A stretch of 63,833 nt of DNA, counting the filler, from a bacterium (GTDB lineage Bacteria > UBP18 > UBA7526): assembly GCA_030615855.1 (NCBI GenBank). It is 5 parts of 5 records of this genome, joined end to end, with 100 filler letters (N's around TTAATTAATTAA, not from the genome) between each part and the next. Parts side by side here need not be neighbours in the genome. Positions count along the whole stretch, not along the records: positions 1 to 26,106 come from JAUWYL010000019.1; 4 more parts are not named here. One strand, written 5' to 3'. The notes beneath the pieces were generated by a model, which worked only from the letters and a program-made list of their open reading frames with translations, ran no database searches and was not told the origin of the DNA. Positions 9,417 to 18,149 of the stretch are shown here, piece by piece; the stretch's first letter is position 1; every line of letters begins with the position of its first letter. Both the position numbers and the translations under genes were made by a program.

Positions 9417-11123
9417 TTATAAAATTAAATTCAGGATGCCTCCTACCAAAAAGGCACTAACAATCATGATCCCGGTAGCCTTGAGCATATCCTTTAACCC
9501 TAACTCTTTCAGAAGCACGATAAAAGTAGCGATACAGGGAAAAGACATGGCTAAGACTACGCTACCCACTACTAACTGCTGAGCAGTGAGATTCAAAGGC
9601 CCGAGCATCCCCAGGGCAACATCCTTTCTCAAGAAACCGATGACTAAAGCAACTACTGCTTCTTTGGGAAGGCCTAAAATTCCATGGATGAGAGGTGCCG
9701 TGAGATTGGCCAGAAAGTCAAATACTTTCAAGAAATAGAGGATATTGACTACTAGAACACCTAATAATACGAGAGGTAGAGCTTCTCTCAAGAAGCTAAG
9801 GATGCGCATCCAGAGTTTCTTTACCGTTGTTCGCCAGGGAGGCAGGCGATAGGGTGGAACCTCGATCAATAGCGGAGGGCTGAAACCCTTCAAAACACGA
9901 TTTAGAATGAGTCCCAGGAGAAGCCAGACGAGGAATAATGTTCCATAGACCATAGAGACATACTGGCCGCCATGCTTCCCTACAAGACCGAAGATCATGG
10001 CCTGAAGCGCAGCACAGGGAACACCAATGGAGATGAGAGCGCTGGCAATGAACCTTTCCCTCTTCGATTCCAGGATGCGAGTGCTCAATATTCCAGGGAC
10101 GTTACATCCCAAGCCCAATAGGTTGGGAATGATGGCATAGCCGTGGAGACCAAGTCTGTGCATCAGATTATCTAGAAGAATGGCTAAGCGGGGAAGGTAG
10201 CCGGTGTCCTCCAAGATTCCTAAGACAAGATAGAAAGAGAGGATATAGGGAAGGACCATGGCCAGGGGCACATAGAGCCCGGTGGTGAGAAGGCCGAAGG
10301 ACTGGACGAAATCAATCCCGCCCTCAATCAGTTTACCAATTAAAATGTCGTGGAGGAAGCCTCCCCTACCAAGAAAGAGGCTCAATTTCGTTATTAGGGG
10401 AAGATAGAGCTTGGTGAAGAAGGGCTCTAAGAGATAACCGATGAGCCCCTCACCAATGAAGCGAATTATCTTGAAGGAAAGGAAGAGGACAAGCATTGCT
10501 ATGGGAAGGCCGCTTAGGGGTCTCGTACTCGCTTCTTCTAGCACCTCCCGGAGGGTGTGATGGCGATGGGTGAGGATCTGAACTTCATGAGTGATTTTAC
10601 CTATATTGTCCCACCTCCGGTGTTCTGTGCGCTTTATTGGTTTCTTTCTCTTTGCCTCTTCCAGACGGGAGAACAATTCCTTTATTCCTTCACCCGTTAT
10701 CCCTACCGTAGGAACAACGGGAACACCCAAAAGTTTCTCTAACTTCTCAACATCGATATTTATTCCCCTATGTTTTGTCTCGTCCCAGATATTAAGAGCA
10801 ATTACTGTGGGAACTCCCCTCTCAATGAGCTGTAGGGCCAGATTCAGGTTTCTCTCAAGGTTGGTGGCATCTACGATATCGATGACCAAATCCCCTTCTT
10901 TAAGCATCTCTACCGCCACCTCTTCGGCCTTAGAGGTGGGCTCTAAGGTATAAGCACCAGGAACATCGATGACTTCTACCCTCTTCCCTTTATACTCTGT
11001 CCAGCCCTTGGTGAACTCCACTGTAGTTCCCGGATAATTGCTGGCGATAACATGAACCCCGGTCAAACGGGAAAAGATGACGCTCTTCCCCACATTGGGG
11101 TTTCCCATAAGGAGAATTCTCAT
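9417..11123 (-). CDS. feoB: Ferrous iron transporter FeoB
   Basis: GNPNVGKS, NYPGTTV, DVPG, GLGCNVP gate motif, TM domain. Confidence 0.96.
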   Translation of the reverse strand: MRILLMGNPNVGKSVIFSRLTGVHVIASNYPGTTVEFTKGWTEYKGKRVEVIDVPGAYTLEPTSKAEEVAVEMLKEGDLVIDIVDATNLERNLNLALQLIERGVPTVIALNIWDETKHRGINIDVEKLEKLLGVPVVPTVGITGEGIKELFSRLEEAKRKKPIKRTEHRRWDNIGKITHEVQILTHRHHTLREVLEEASTRPLSGLPIAMLVLFLSFKIIRFIGEGLIGYLLEPFFTKLYLPLITKLSLFLGRGGFLHDILIGKLIEGGIDFVQSFGLLTTGLYVPLAMVLPYILSFYLVLGILEDTGYLPRLAILLDNLMHRLGLHGYAIIPNLLGLGCNVPGILSTRILESKRERFIASALISIGVPCAALQAMIFGLVGKHGGQYVSMVYGTLFLVWLLLGLILNRVLKGFSPPLLIEVPPYRLPPWRTTVKKLWMRILSFLREALPLVLLGVLVVNILYFLKVFDFLANLTAPLIHGILGLPKEAVVALVIGFLRKDVALGMLGPLNLTAQQLVVGSVVLAMSFPCIATFIVLLKELGLKDMLKATGIMIVSAFLVGGILNLIL

Positions 11124-11362
11124 TATTCTTTTACCTCGACTATTATTCTACTTGCCATGCCGAAGCCTATAGCGATCTCGGTGCCCCCAATCCTTACGGT
11201 AACTGGGCCTCTCATAAACATGGCACTTACCTTGGTTACTTTCTTTCCTGGCCTAATCCCTATGGCGGAGAGCCTGCGGGTCATACCAAAGCCTCCCATA
11301 ATCTGAATTACCCGACCGCTCTGGCCTCTTCTTAATTGGGTTAAGGGAATTTGTTTCGCCAT
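11123..11362 (-). CDS. feoA: FeoA
   Basis: RRLSAIGIRPG, GPVTV, IAIG; coupled to feoB. Confidence 0.93.
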   Translation of the reverse strand: MAKQIPLTQLRRGQSGRVIQIMGGFGMTRRLSAIGIRPGKKVTKVSAMFMRGPVTVRIGGTEIAIGFGMASRIIVEVKE

Positions 11363-11377
11363 ATATTCTCCTTTTTA

Positions 11378-11475
11378 CCCCGTTAGATAGTAAATGTTGT
11401 TAGATTTCAAATATTATCCTAATGGAGAGTACCCCTTTGATAAAAGAATATTTACGTGTTAAACATCTAATGGGG
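11378..11475. mobile_element. MITE-like element with CCCCRTTAGA...TCTAAYGGGG termini (long form)
   Basis: Terminal inverted repeats; its two ends together equal the 29-bp element at 62137-62165. Confidence 0.6.
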
Positions 11476-11479
11476 CAAG

Positions 11480-11502
11480 TTGCAATTGCGTCTCAATTAC
11501 AA
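11480..11502 (-). promoter_or_regulatory. Putative Fur-family operator (type 2), copy 2, upstream of feoA
   Basis: TTGCAATTGCGTCTCAATTACAA next to GTGACA-17-TATATT. Confidence 0.65.
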
Positions 11503-11526
11503 ATATATCTTAAAAAAATTGTTTTG

Positions 11527-11973
11527 TCACGCATTTTTTAAGATTTTTTTTTGACATTTCCTACAGTATCCTTTGATTCCTAACCTGTGCTCTATGGGTT
11601 CAAATCTATACTTTTTACAGATTTTATTTTGCAGTTTTTCTATCCGATTTTCTTTAAATTCGATAACCCTGCCACATTTTATGCAGAGCAGGTGATCGTG
11701 ATGGGGATGGCCAAAGACATGTTCATAGTAGACCCTATCCCGGCAGCGAAGGGCCTCCCTGATTAGGCCACTCTCAATTAGTAGGGGGAGGGTGCGATAG
11801 ATGGTAGCCCGGGAGATGATCCTGTCCTTCTTGCGCAGTCTTCCAAAGAGCTCTTCTACATCGAAATGCTTATGAAAGGAGAAAACCTCTTTTAGAATAA
11901 GTTCCCTTTCCGGGGTGAATTTCAATCCCTTCTTTTTCAGGTGATCCCTGAATCTATCTTCCTCAGTAATCAT
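11527..11973 (-). CDS. Second Fur-family regulator
   Basis: GLKFTPER, HFDVEEL, RATIYRTL, HHDHLLCIKC, CRKC; start trimmed to MITEE after GGAGG. Confidence 0.94.
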   Translation of the reverse strand: MITEEDRFRDHLKKKGLKFTPERELILKEVFSFHKHFDVEELFGRLRKKDRIISRATIYRTLPLLIESGLIREALRCRDRVYYEHVFGHPHHDHLLCIKCGRVIEFKENRIEKLQNKICKKYRFEPIEHRLGIKGYCRKCQKKILKNA

Positions 11974-11985
11974 ATTCCCTCCTAG

Positions 11986-12036
11986 TTGCAATTCGGTCTC
12001 AATTACAATTATACCCTTATGTTCTGTATTTGTCAA
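11986..12036 (-). promoter_or_regulatory. Sigma70 promoter (TTGACA-17-TATAAT, 12036-12008) with adjoining type-2 operator (11986-12008)
   Basis: Perfect -35/-10; operator TTGCAATTCGGTCTCAATTACAA. Confidence 0.8.
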
Positions 12037-13507
12037 GTTTTTTCCAGCGGAGGTTGGGTCTTCGGGCAGCGGTGACCGCATCGAGTCTTCTCCGTCCACC
12101 TTTGGTGGACGGATGGGTTCGTCCGCCTTCAGCGGTCGGATGGGGGGCGGTCTTTACTATCTCTGGATTCTCTTCTGTTTCTTTGGCGATTCTTATCATT
12201 GCACTAGCGAATTCATCCAGGGTTTCTTTCGATTCTGTCTCCGTGGGCTCAATCATAATGGCTTCAGAGACGATTAGAGGAAAATAGATGGTGGGGGCAT
12301 GAAAGCCATAATCTAAAAGCCTCTTTGCAATATCATTGGTATGGACACCTTCCTCAAGTTGCCTTTTACCAGAGAGAACGAACTCGTGCATACAGACCCT
12401 ATCAAAAGGAAGGTAATAATAGGATTTTAACTTCTTCATGAGGTAATTAGCATTCAAAACCGCATTCTCCGCTACCTCTCTCAGGCCTTCTGGTCCCAGA
12501 GTCCTCAGATAAGCATAGGCCTTGACCATCACTCCAAAGTTTCCATAGAAGGTCTTTATCTTGCCGATAGATAAGGGTCTATCATAATCTAACCTATATC
12601 TATCCTTTTCCTTCTCAATAGTCGGTTTAGGTAAGAAAGGAACCAGAGATTTCTTTACCCCTACTGGACCAGAGCCCGGACCTCCCCCACCATGAGGGGT
12701 GGAAAATGTCTTATGGAGATTAAGATGGATGATATCAAAGCCCATATCCCCTGGTCGAGCAATCCCCAAGAAGGCATTCATATTCGCCCCATCGCAATAG
12801 ACTAAAGCGCCCTTCTGATGTGCTATAGCAGTAATTTCTAATATCTCCTCTTCAAATAGGCCCAGAGTATTGGGATTAGTGAGTATAATGCAGGCAACTT
12901 CTTCATCCAAAACCTTCTTCAGCTCTTTTAAATCGACTGTTCCTTTTTCATTTGATCTGATGGTGATTGATTCATATCCGCATAAGGTAGCGGAGGCGGG
13001 ATTCGTTCCATGTGATGAATCAGGAACGATGACCTTGGTCCTCTTCTCTTTCTTATGCTCGAAGTAGGCCTTTACCATCATCAGGCCAGCCAGTTCTCCC
13101 TGAGCACCGGCTGCTGGCTGTAGAGTAAATCCATCCATCCCGGTGATCTCACATAAGACTTTTCCAAGATGATATATGAGTTCCAGGGCCCCCTGGGATA
13201 ATTCCTCGTCCTGTAAGGGATGGGATGATCTAAAACCAGGAAGTTTTGCTATCTCCTCATTTACCTTGGGGTTATACTTCATAGTGCAGGAACCTAAGGG
13301 ATAGAATCCAGTATCTATCCCATAGTTCTGAGTAGATAACTTAGTATAGTGTCTTACTACTTCTACTTCGCTTACTTCTGGCAGGTTGAGTTTAGAACGT
13401 AGGGAATCCTTTGGTACTAGTTCTTCTATCTTCTTCTCTGGAACATCGCAATCAGGAAGGCTTATGCCCACTCTTCCCGGACGACTCTTTTCAAAAATCA
13501 ATTTCAT
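12017..13507 (-). CDS. gcvPB: Glycine decarboxylase subunit 2
   Basis: [32 protein letters not shown]-lysine motif, IEPTETE. Confidence 0.97.
   Translation of the reverse strand: MKLIFEKSRPGRVGISLPDCDVPEKKIEELVPKDSLRSKLNLPEVSEVEVVRHYTKLSTQNYGIDTGFYPLGSCTMKYNPKVNEEIAKLPGFRSSHPLQDEELSQGALELIYHLGKVLCEITGMDGFTLQPAAGAQGELAGLMMVKAYFEHKKEKRTKVIVPDSSHGTNPASATLCGYESITIRSNEKGTVDLKELKKVLDEEVACIILTNPNTLGLFEEEILEITAIAHQKGALVYCDGANMNAFLGIARPGDMGFDIIHLNLHKTFSTPHGGGGPGSGPVGVKKSLVPFLPKPTIEKEKDRYRLDYDRPLSIGKIKTFYGNFGVMVKAYAYLRTLGPEGLREVAENAVLNANYLMKKLKSYYYLPFDRVCMHEFVLSGKRQLEEGVHTNDIAKRLLDYGFHAPTIYFPLIVSEAIMIEPTETESKETLDEFASAMIRIAKETEENPEIVKTAPHPTAEGGRTHPSTKGGRRRLDAVTAARRPNLRWKKLDKYRT
12091..12140. repeat. 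Two tandem 23-bp palindromes lying in frame in gcvPB
   Basis: TCCGTCCACC-TTT-GGTGGACGGA and degenerate TTCGTCCGCC-TTC-AGCGGTCGGA. Confidence 0.75.
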
Positions 13508-13522
13508 TTTGCTTCCTTTGCT

Positions 13523-13610
13523 TCCGTCAGTCCGTCAGTCCGTCGGTCCGTCAGGCCGTCGACGGATTCAACGGATCAGACGGGTCAACGGGTTTAACGG
13601 GTTCAACGTC
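13523..13610. repeat. 8-9-bp periodic repeat (CCGTCAGT / CAACGGGT) across the gcvPA stop
   Basis: Tandem units in opposing orientation; encodes the VEPVKPVDPSDPLNPSTA tail. Confidence 0.75.
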
Positions 13611-14945
13611 TTTACTTCTCAAAACACTAACTAACTTATCGATCTCTCCCCTGGAGTTCATCTCTGTGGTGCAGAATAGAAGATGATTCTTTAATTCCGG
13701 ATAGTATCTCTCCAATTCTAAAGGACCAATGATCTTCTCCTTTACTAGAACTTGATTTATCCTTTTGGCATTTTTGCATTTGACGACAAATTCATTATAG
13801 AACGGGGAAGAAAAAACTTCTTCAAATTTTTCTATTTCCTTTATTTTTCCAAAAGCATAGTGTGCCTTCTGGGTGGAGAGTTCTGCTACTTTTCTCAAGC
13901 CTTCTTTCCCTAAGGAAACCAAATAGATAGTGGCCGCCAGGGCACAGAGGGCCTGGTTGGTGCAGATGTTAGAGGTTGCCCTCTCCCTTCTGATGTGCTG
14001 TTCCCTCGCCTGTAAGGTTAGAATATATCCTCTTCTGCCCTTTGAATCCGTAGTTGCCCCAACTAATCTTCCGGGAAGTTTCCTCATATACTTATCTTTG
14101 GTGGCCATAAAGCCAAGATAGGGGCCACCAAAAGATATAGGATTTCCAAAGGATTGTCCTTCTCCCACCACAATATCTGCTCCTAATTCACCAGGAGGCT
14201 TCAATAATCCTAAAGAGGTAGGCTCAACTATTGCTACAATAAACAAGGACTTGTTCTTGTGAGCGATTCTTTCTATTTCCTTTAGATTTTCTAAAGAGCC
14301 GAAGAAGTTTGGGTTCTGGATTAAAACGGCTGCGGTTTTATCAGATACTTTCTTATTCAATTCTTCTAAAAATGTGATTCCATTCTCATATCCCACCTCT
14401 ATAATCTTTAAATCTTTCGCCTGAGCATAGGTTTTGACTACTTCTCTATACTCGGGATGAATAGTTTTTGAGATAATAATCTCTTCCCTTCCCGTAATAT
14501 GGAAGGCCATAATCATGGCCTCGGCAAGAGCGCTTGCTCCATCATACATACTGGCATTGGCCACATCCATTCCGGTTAACTCACAGATTAGGGTCTGAAA
14601 CTCATATATCGTTTGTAATAATCCCTGACTTGCCTCTGGTTGATAAGGGGTATAGGAGGTATAAAACTCACTCCTCCCCACTAGATGAGGAATGATTGCG
14701 GGAATGAAGTGATGATAGGCCCCGGCCCCTAAGAAGCAACTGTAATGCTCCAAATCGGCATTCTTCCCGCTTAAGAGGCGCATCTCTTTTACTAATTCTA
14801 TCTCAGAGAGGCCTTTTGGTATTTTAAGGTTTTTCTTTAATAAAAGTTCTTCTGGGATGTTCTTAAATAATTTTTTAATAGATTTAACACCCAGAAATTT
14901 GAGCATCTCTTTTCTATCTCGATCGGTATTGGGAATAAACTTCAT
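13551..14945 (-). CDS. gcvPA: Glycine decarboxylase subunit 1
   Basis: FLGAG, YTPYQPEASQG, NASMYDG, REQHIRRERATSNICTNQ. Confidence 0.97.
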   Translation of the reverse strand: MKFIPNTDRDRKEMLKFLGVKSIKKLFKNIPEELLLKKNLKIPKGLSEIELVKEMRLLSGKNADLEHYSCFLGAGAYHHFIPAIIPHLVGRSEFYTSYTPYQPEASQGLLQTIYEFQTLICELTGMDVANASMYDGASALAEAMIMAFHITGREEIIISKTIHPEYREVVKTYAQAKDLKIIEVGYENGITFLEELNKKVSDKTAAVLIQNPNFFGSLENLKEIERIAHKNKSLFIVAIVEPTSLGLLKPPGELGADIVVGEGQSFGNPISFGGPYLGFMATKDKYMRKLPGRLVGATTDSKGRRGYILTLQAREQHIRRERATSNICTNQALCALAATIYLVSLGKEGLRKVAELSTQKAHYAFGKIKEIEKFEEVFSSPFYNEFVVKCKNAKRINQVLVKEKIIGPLELERYYPELKNHLLFCTTEMNSRGEIDKLVSVLRSKDVEPVKPVDPSDPLNPSTA

Positions 14946-15331
14946 TTCTCCTCGGCCTTGATAGATTTCTCATATTCCTCAGCACTCAGTAGGAAGTCGA
15001 GTTCCTTCGGGTTCTTTATTTTGATTTTAAAGATCCATCCTTTTCCATAGGGTTCCTCATTGATCAGTCCTGGTTTATTTTCTAATTCTTTATTTACCTC
15101 TAGTACTTCACCGCTTACTGGGGCATAAATGTCGGAGACAGATTTAACTGACTCTACGACTGCCACTGCTTCTCCTTTAGAAACAACCTTGCCGATTTGG
15201 GGTAGTTCAACAAAGACCACATCCGTCAACTGCTCCTGAGCATAATCCGTAATACCCACCGTTCCCATCTCTTTCTCAACCCTTATCCATTCATGGGTCT
15301 TGGCATATTTCAGCTCCTTCGGTATTTTCAT
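14942..15331 (-). CDS. gcvH: Glycine cleavage system H protein
   Basis: THEW, GITDYAQ, ESVK lipoyl-lysine motif. Confidence 0.97.
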   Translation of the reverse strand: MKIPKELKYAKTHEWIRVEKEMGTVGITDYAQEQLTDVVFVELPQIGKVVSKGEAVAVVESVKSVSDIYAPVSGEVLEVNKELENKPGLINEEPYGKGWIFKIKIKNPKELDFLLSAEEYEKSIKAEEK

Positions 15332-15350
15332 ATTACTTCCTCCCTTTCAT

Positions 15351-15543
15351 ACACAGATTACCCAATGCGCTTCGCTGGCATTGGAGAGAGCATCAAATTG
15401 ATTAATACTTAATCATCAACGGCGGTGAACGAAGTGCGCCGTTCAATATTATGCATTGGCACAGATTATTTACAGATTACAGGATGCACTCTGTTAGCAT
15501 CCTAGAGAGCATAAATAGTTAAGCATTGCCACAGATCACAGAT
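15351..15543. repeat. CACAGAT repeat interrupted by two related hairpin-AGAGAGCAT...GCATTG units
   Basis: Units at about 15362-15459 and 15481-15529. Confidence 0.55.
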
Positions 15544-15554
15544 AAAACTCAAAA

Positions 15555-16655
15555 TTAAGCATTTTTTCTCTTATAGAAGGGGGTCTTTACGATTCTGGCT
15601 TTTACTGGTTCCTCTCTTATCTGGATTTGGATTTTAGTTCCTTCTTTGGTAAAGTCGGCTTTGACATAGCCTAAGCCAATGCCCTTCTTCAATGTGGGTG
15701 AAAAACTGCCACTGGTTACTATTCCAATTCTTTTCCCGTCTTTAAGAATGGGATAGTTATGACGGGGGATACCACGCTCAATAAGTTCGAAGCCTACTAA
15801 CCTTTGTTTAACTCCTTCTTCCTTTTGCTTTAGTAGAGCCTCTTTTCCGATGAAGTCTTCTTGATTAAACTTTACTGCCCAGGCGATGTTTGTCTCAAGG
15901 GGGGTCTTGGTCTCATCTATATCATTTCCATATAAGAGCATGGCACACTCTAACCTCAAAGTATCCCTCGCCCCTAATCCGATGGGCTTAATTCCTTCTT
16001 CCTTCCCGATTTCTAAGATTCTATTCCAAACTTTAGGGGCGTACTCGGGTTTAATGTAAATCTCGAGGCCATCCTCACCAGTATATCCGGTGCGAGAGAT
16101 AATCGCTTGGCTTCCTTCTACCGTCCCCTCTTGAAACCAGTAATATTTTATCTGGGAAAGGTCTAAATTTGTTACCTTCTGTAAGATTTCTTGACTCTTC
16201 GGACCTTGAAGGGCAAGGAGGGAGGTCTCATCGCTAATATCTTTAAGAACTATATCTTTGCCAAATCTTCTGGCAATCTCTTCTATCCATTTATAGTCTT
16301 TCTCAATATTTGAGGCGTTGACCACCAGCATAAAACGCTCATCACTAAACTTATAGACTAATAAATCGTCAATGATCGTTCCCTTATCATTACATATCGG
16401 AGTGTAGAGGGCTTGATTGTTATCTAAATGAGAGGTATCATTTGTAATGAGTCTCTGAACGAATACCAAGGCATCCTTCCCCTTGATGGTGAATTCCCCC
16501 ATATGGGAGACATCGAATAGGCCAACCCTATTCCTCACCGTATTATGTTCCTCAATGACCGAGGTATAATAAACGGGCATAAGCCAGGGACCGAATTCAA
16601 TAATCTTCGCCCCTAATTTTTTATGAATTTCAAAAAGTGGAGTCTTTTTAGGCAT
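15555..16655 (-). CDS. gcvT: Aminomethyltransferase
   Basis: KKTPL, FDVSHMG, SRTGYTGEDG, GLGARDTLRLE; start trimmed to MPKK. Confidence 0.97.
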   Translation of the reverse strand: MPKKTPLFEIHKKLGAKIIEFGPWLMPVYYTSVIEEHNTVRNRVGLFDVSHMGEFTIKGKDALVFVQRLITNDTSHLDNNQALYTPICNDKGTIIDDLLVYKFSDERFMLVVNASNIEKDYKWIEEIARRFGKDIVLKDISDETSLLALQGPKSQEILQKVTNLDLSQIKYYWFQEGTVEGSQAIISRTGYTGEDGLEIYIKPEYAPKVWNRILEIGKEEGIKPIGLGARDTLRLECAMLLYGNDIDETKTPLETNIAWAVKFNQEDFIGKEALLKQKEEGVKQRLVGFELIERGIPRHNYPILKDGKRIGIVTSGSFSPTLKKGIGLGYVKADFTKEGTKIQIQIREEPVKARIVKTPFYKRKNA

Positions 16656-16692
16656 AGTGATTTTCCAGTTATGTATGATCAATAGCAAAGTG

Positions 16693-16755
16693 AAATAAGA
16701 ACCTGACTTCGTCAGAACTTTGTTTTACTTATTGAAGTTCCGATGCCTTAAAATA
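16693..16755 (-). repeat. 63-bp structured dispersed element, copy 1
   Basis: 57/63 identical to 47171-47233; related copy inside rsmG. Confidence 0.85.
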
Positions 16756-16817
16756 GGTGGATTGGTTGGATTAGTTGGATTTAAAATCCACCTAATCTCC
16801 TAATCCAACTAGTTTCC

Positions 16818-18149
16818 TTATTGACTTTTTAACTTCCTCAGAGCGAGATCAGTAGCGGCCAATAGAACATCTGGGATGTGGGAAGTGGCCGGAGAATAGG
16901 CAAATTCTACTTTACTTAAATCTTCCAGAGAGAGATTAGCCTTTATTGCTAAGGAAACGATATTTATCCTCCAGCCGGTTCCCTCCTCTCCAATCTCCTG
17001 GGCACCGAGTATCTTACCTGTTTTGGTATCTGCTATAATTTTAAAGGTAATCTCTTTTGCTTCCGGAAACCATTTGGGCCTGGTAAGACCCTTTACTTTG
17101 CCTTCCACTACTTCATAACCATAGGACTCTGCCTGAACCTTATTGAAACCGACAGAGGCTATCTCCAGATCGCTGATAAGGGAGACGAAGGTGGCTAAGG
17201 CTCCTTCATATCTTGCCTCACCACCACAGGCATTAATGGCTGCCACTTTTCCCTGCTCATAGGCCGGGGTAGCGAGATAGGCAGAAAAAGGTCTCTTATC
17301 TATTAGAGAAAAGACCTGGGCACAGTCACCAGCAGCATAGACATCCTTTATACTCGTCTCCATTCTCTCATCTGTTGCGATTCCATAACTACTGATCTTT
17401 ATTCCCGCCTTCTTCGCTAGTTCTGAGTTTGGTCTTACCCCACAGGAGATGATAATAATATCGTTAGGAATCTCTTTTCCATCTATGGTAACCGACTTCA
17501 CATCCACCCTTTCCACCCTTTTATTGAGGAGTATCTTGATCCCCTTTTTCTTTAATCGTTCTTCCAAAATCTCGCTCACATCGGGGTCAAGCGCCTTGGG
17601 CAAAAGGCTTTTTAGCGCCTCTACAATGATGACTTTCAGACCTCTCTTATTTAGGACAACTGCAGCCTCCAATCCCGTTGCCCCAGCGCCAATGACCAAG
17701 GCCTCCTTCGCCTTCTTAGCCACTCCCTTTATCTTCACTATATCTTCTAGACTCTTAATGACGAAGGCTTTCTTATCTTTTAACTCTCTTAGTCTTGGAA
17801 TAGGAGGAATAAAGGGAGTGGTTCCCGTAGCGAGGATTAAGGAGTCATAGGAGACATTCTCCCTTTCGCCACTTTCCAGATTCTCAATCTTGATGCTCTC
17901 CTTCTCAGGAATAATCCCGATTGCTTCACGATTTAGATGCTTCTTTATCCCAGAGATCTTTAAGGTATATTTCAATTTCTCCGGAGAATCTACTCTTCCA
18001 TCTAAGAGGAAGGGTAGGCCACAGGAATGAAGCAGATCGAACTCCTTCTTATCAATGATTGTAACCTCATTCTTAGGATATCTCTTCCTGATTGTTAAGC
18101 AGGCGCTTACTCCTGCTGTCCCCAGACCGATAATGACTATTTTAGCCAA
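16818..18149 (-). CDS. FAD-dependent pyridine nucleotide-disulfide oxidoreductase (NADH oxidase/CoA-disulfide reductase-like)
   Basis: GxGxAG, single redox Cys in HSCGLP, ATG, GAGATG, YAAGD, dimerisation domain. Confidence 0.85.
   Translation of the reverse strand: MAKIVIIGLGTAGVSACLTIRKRYPKNEVTIIDKKEFDLLHSCGLPFLLDGRVDSPEKLKYTLKISGIKKHLNREAIGIIPEKESIKIENLESGERENVSYDSLILATGTTPFIPPIPRLRELKDKKAFVIKSLEDIVKIKGVAKKAKEALVIGAGATGLEAAVVLNKRGLKVIIVEALKSLLPKALDPDVSEILEERLKKKGIKILLNKRVERVDVKSVTIDGKEIPNDIIIISCGVRPNSELAKKAGIKISSYGIATDERMETSIKDVYAAGDCAQVFSLIDKRPFSAYLATPAYEQGKVAAINACGGEARYEGALATFVSLISDLEIASVGFNKVQAESYGYEVVEGKVKGLTRPKWFPEAKEITFKIIADTKTGKILGAQEIGEEGTGWRINIVSLAIKANLSLEDLSKVEFAYSPATSHIPDVLLAATDLALRKLKSQ

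Noticed and set aside
16656-16817. Glycine riboswitch upstream of gcvT
   Set aside because: No GGAGA/CCGAAG/CUYUCAGG aptamer blocks; the structured element there also occurs at unrelated genes and inside rsmG.
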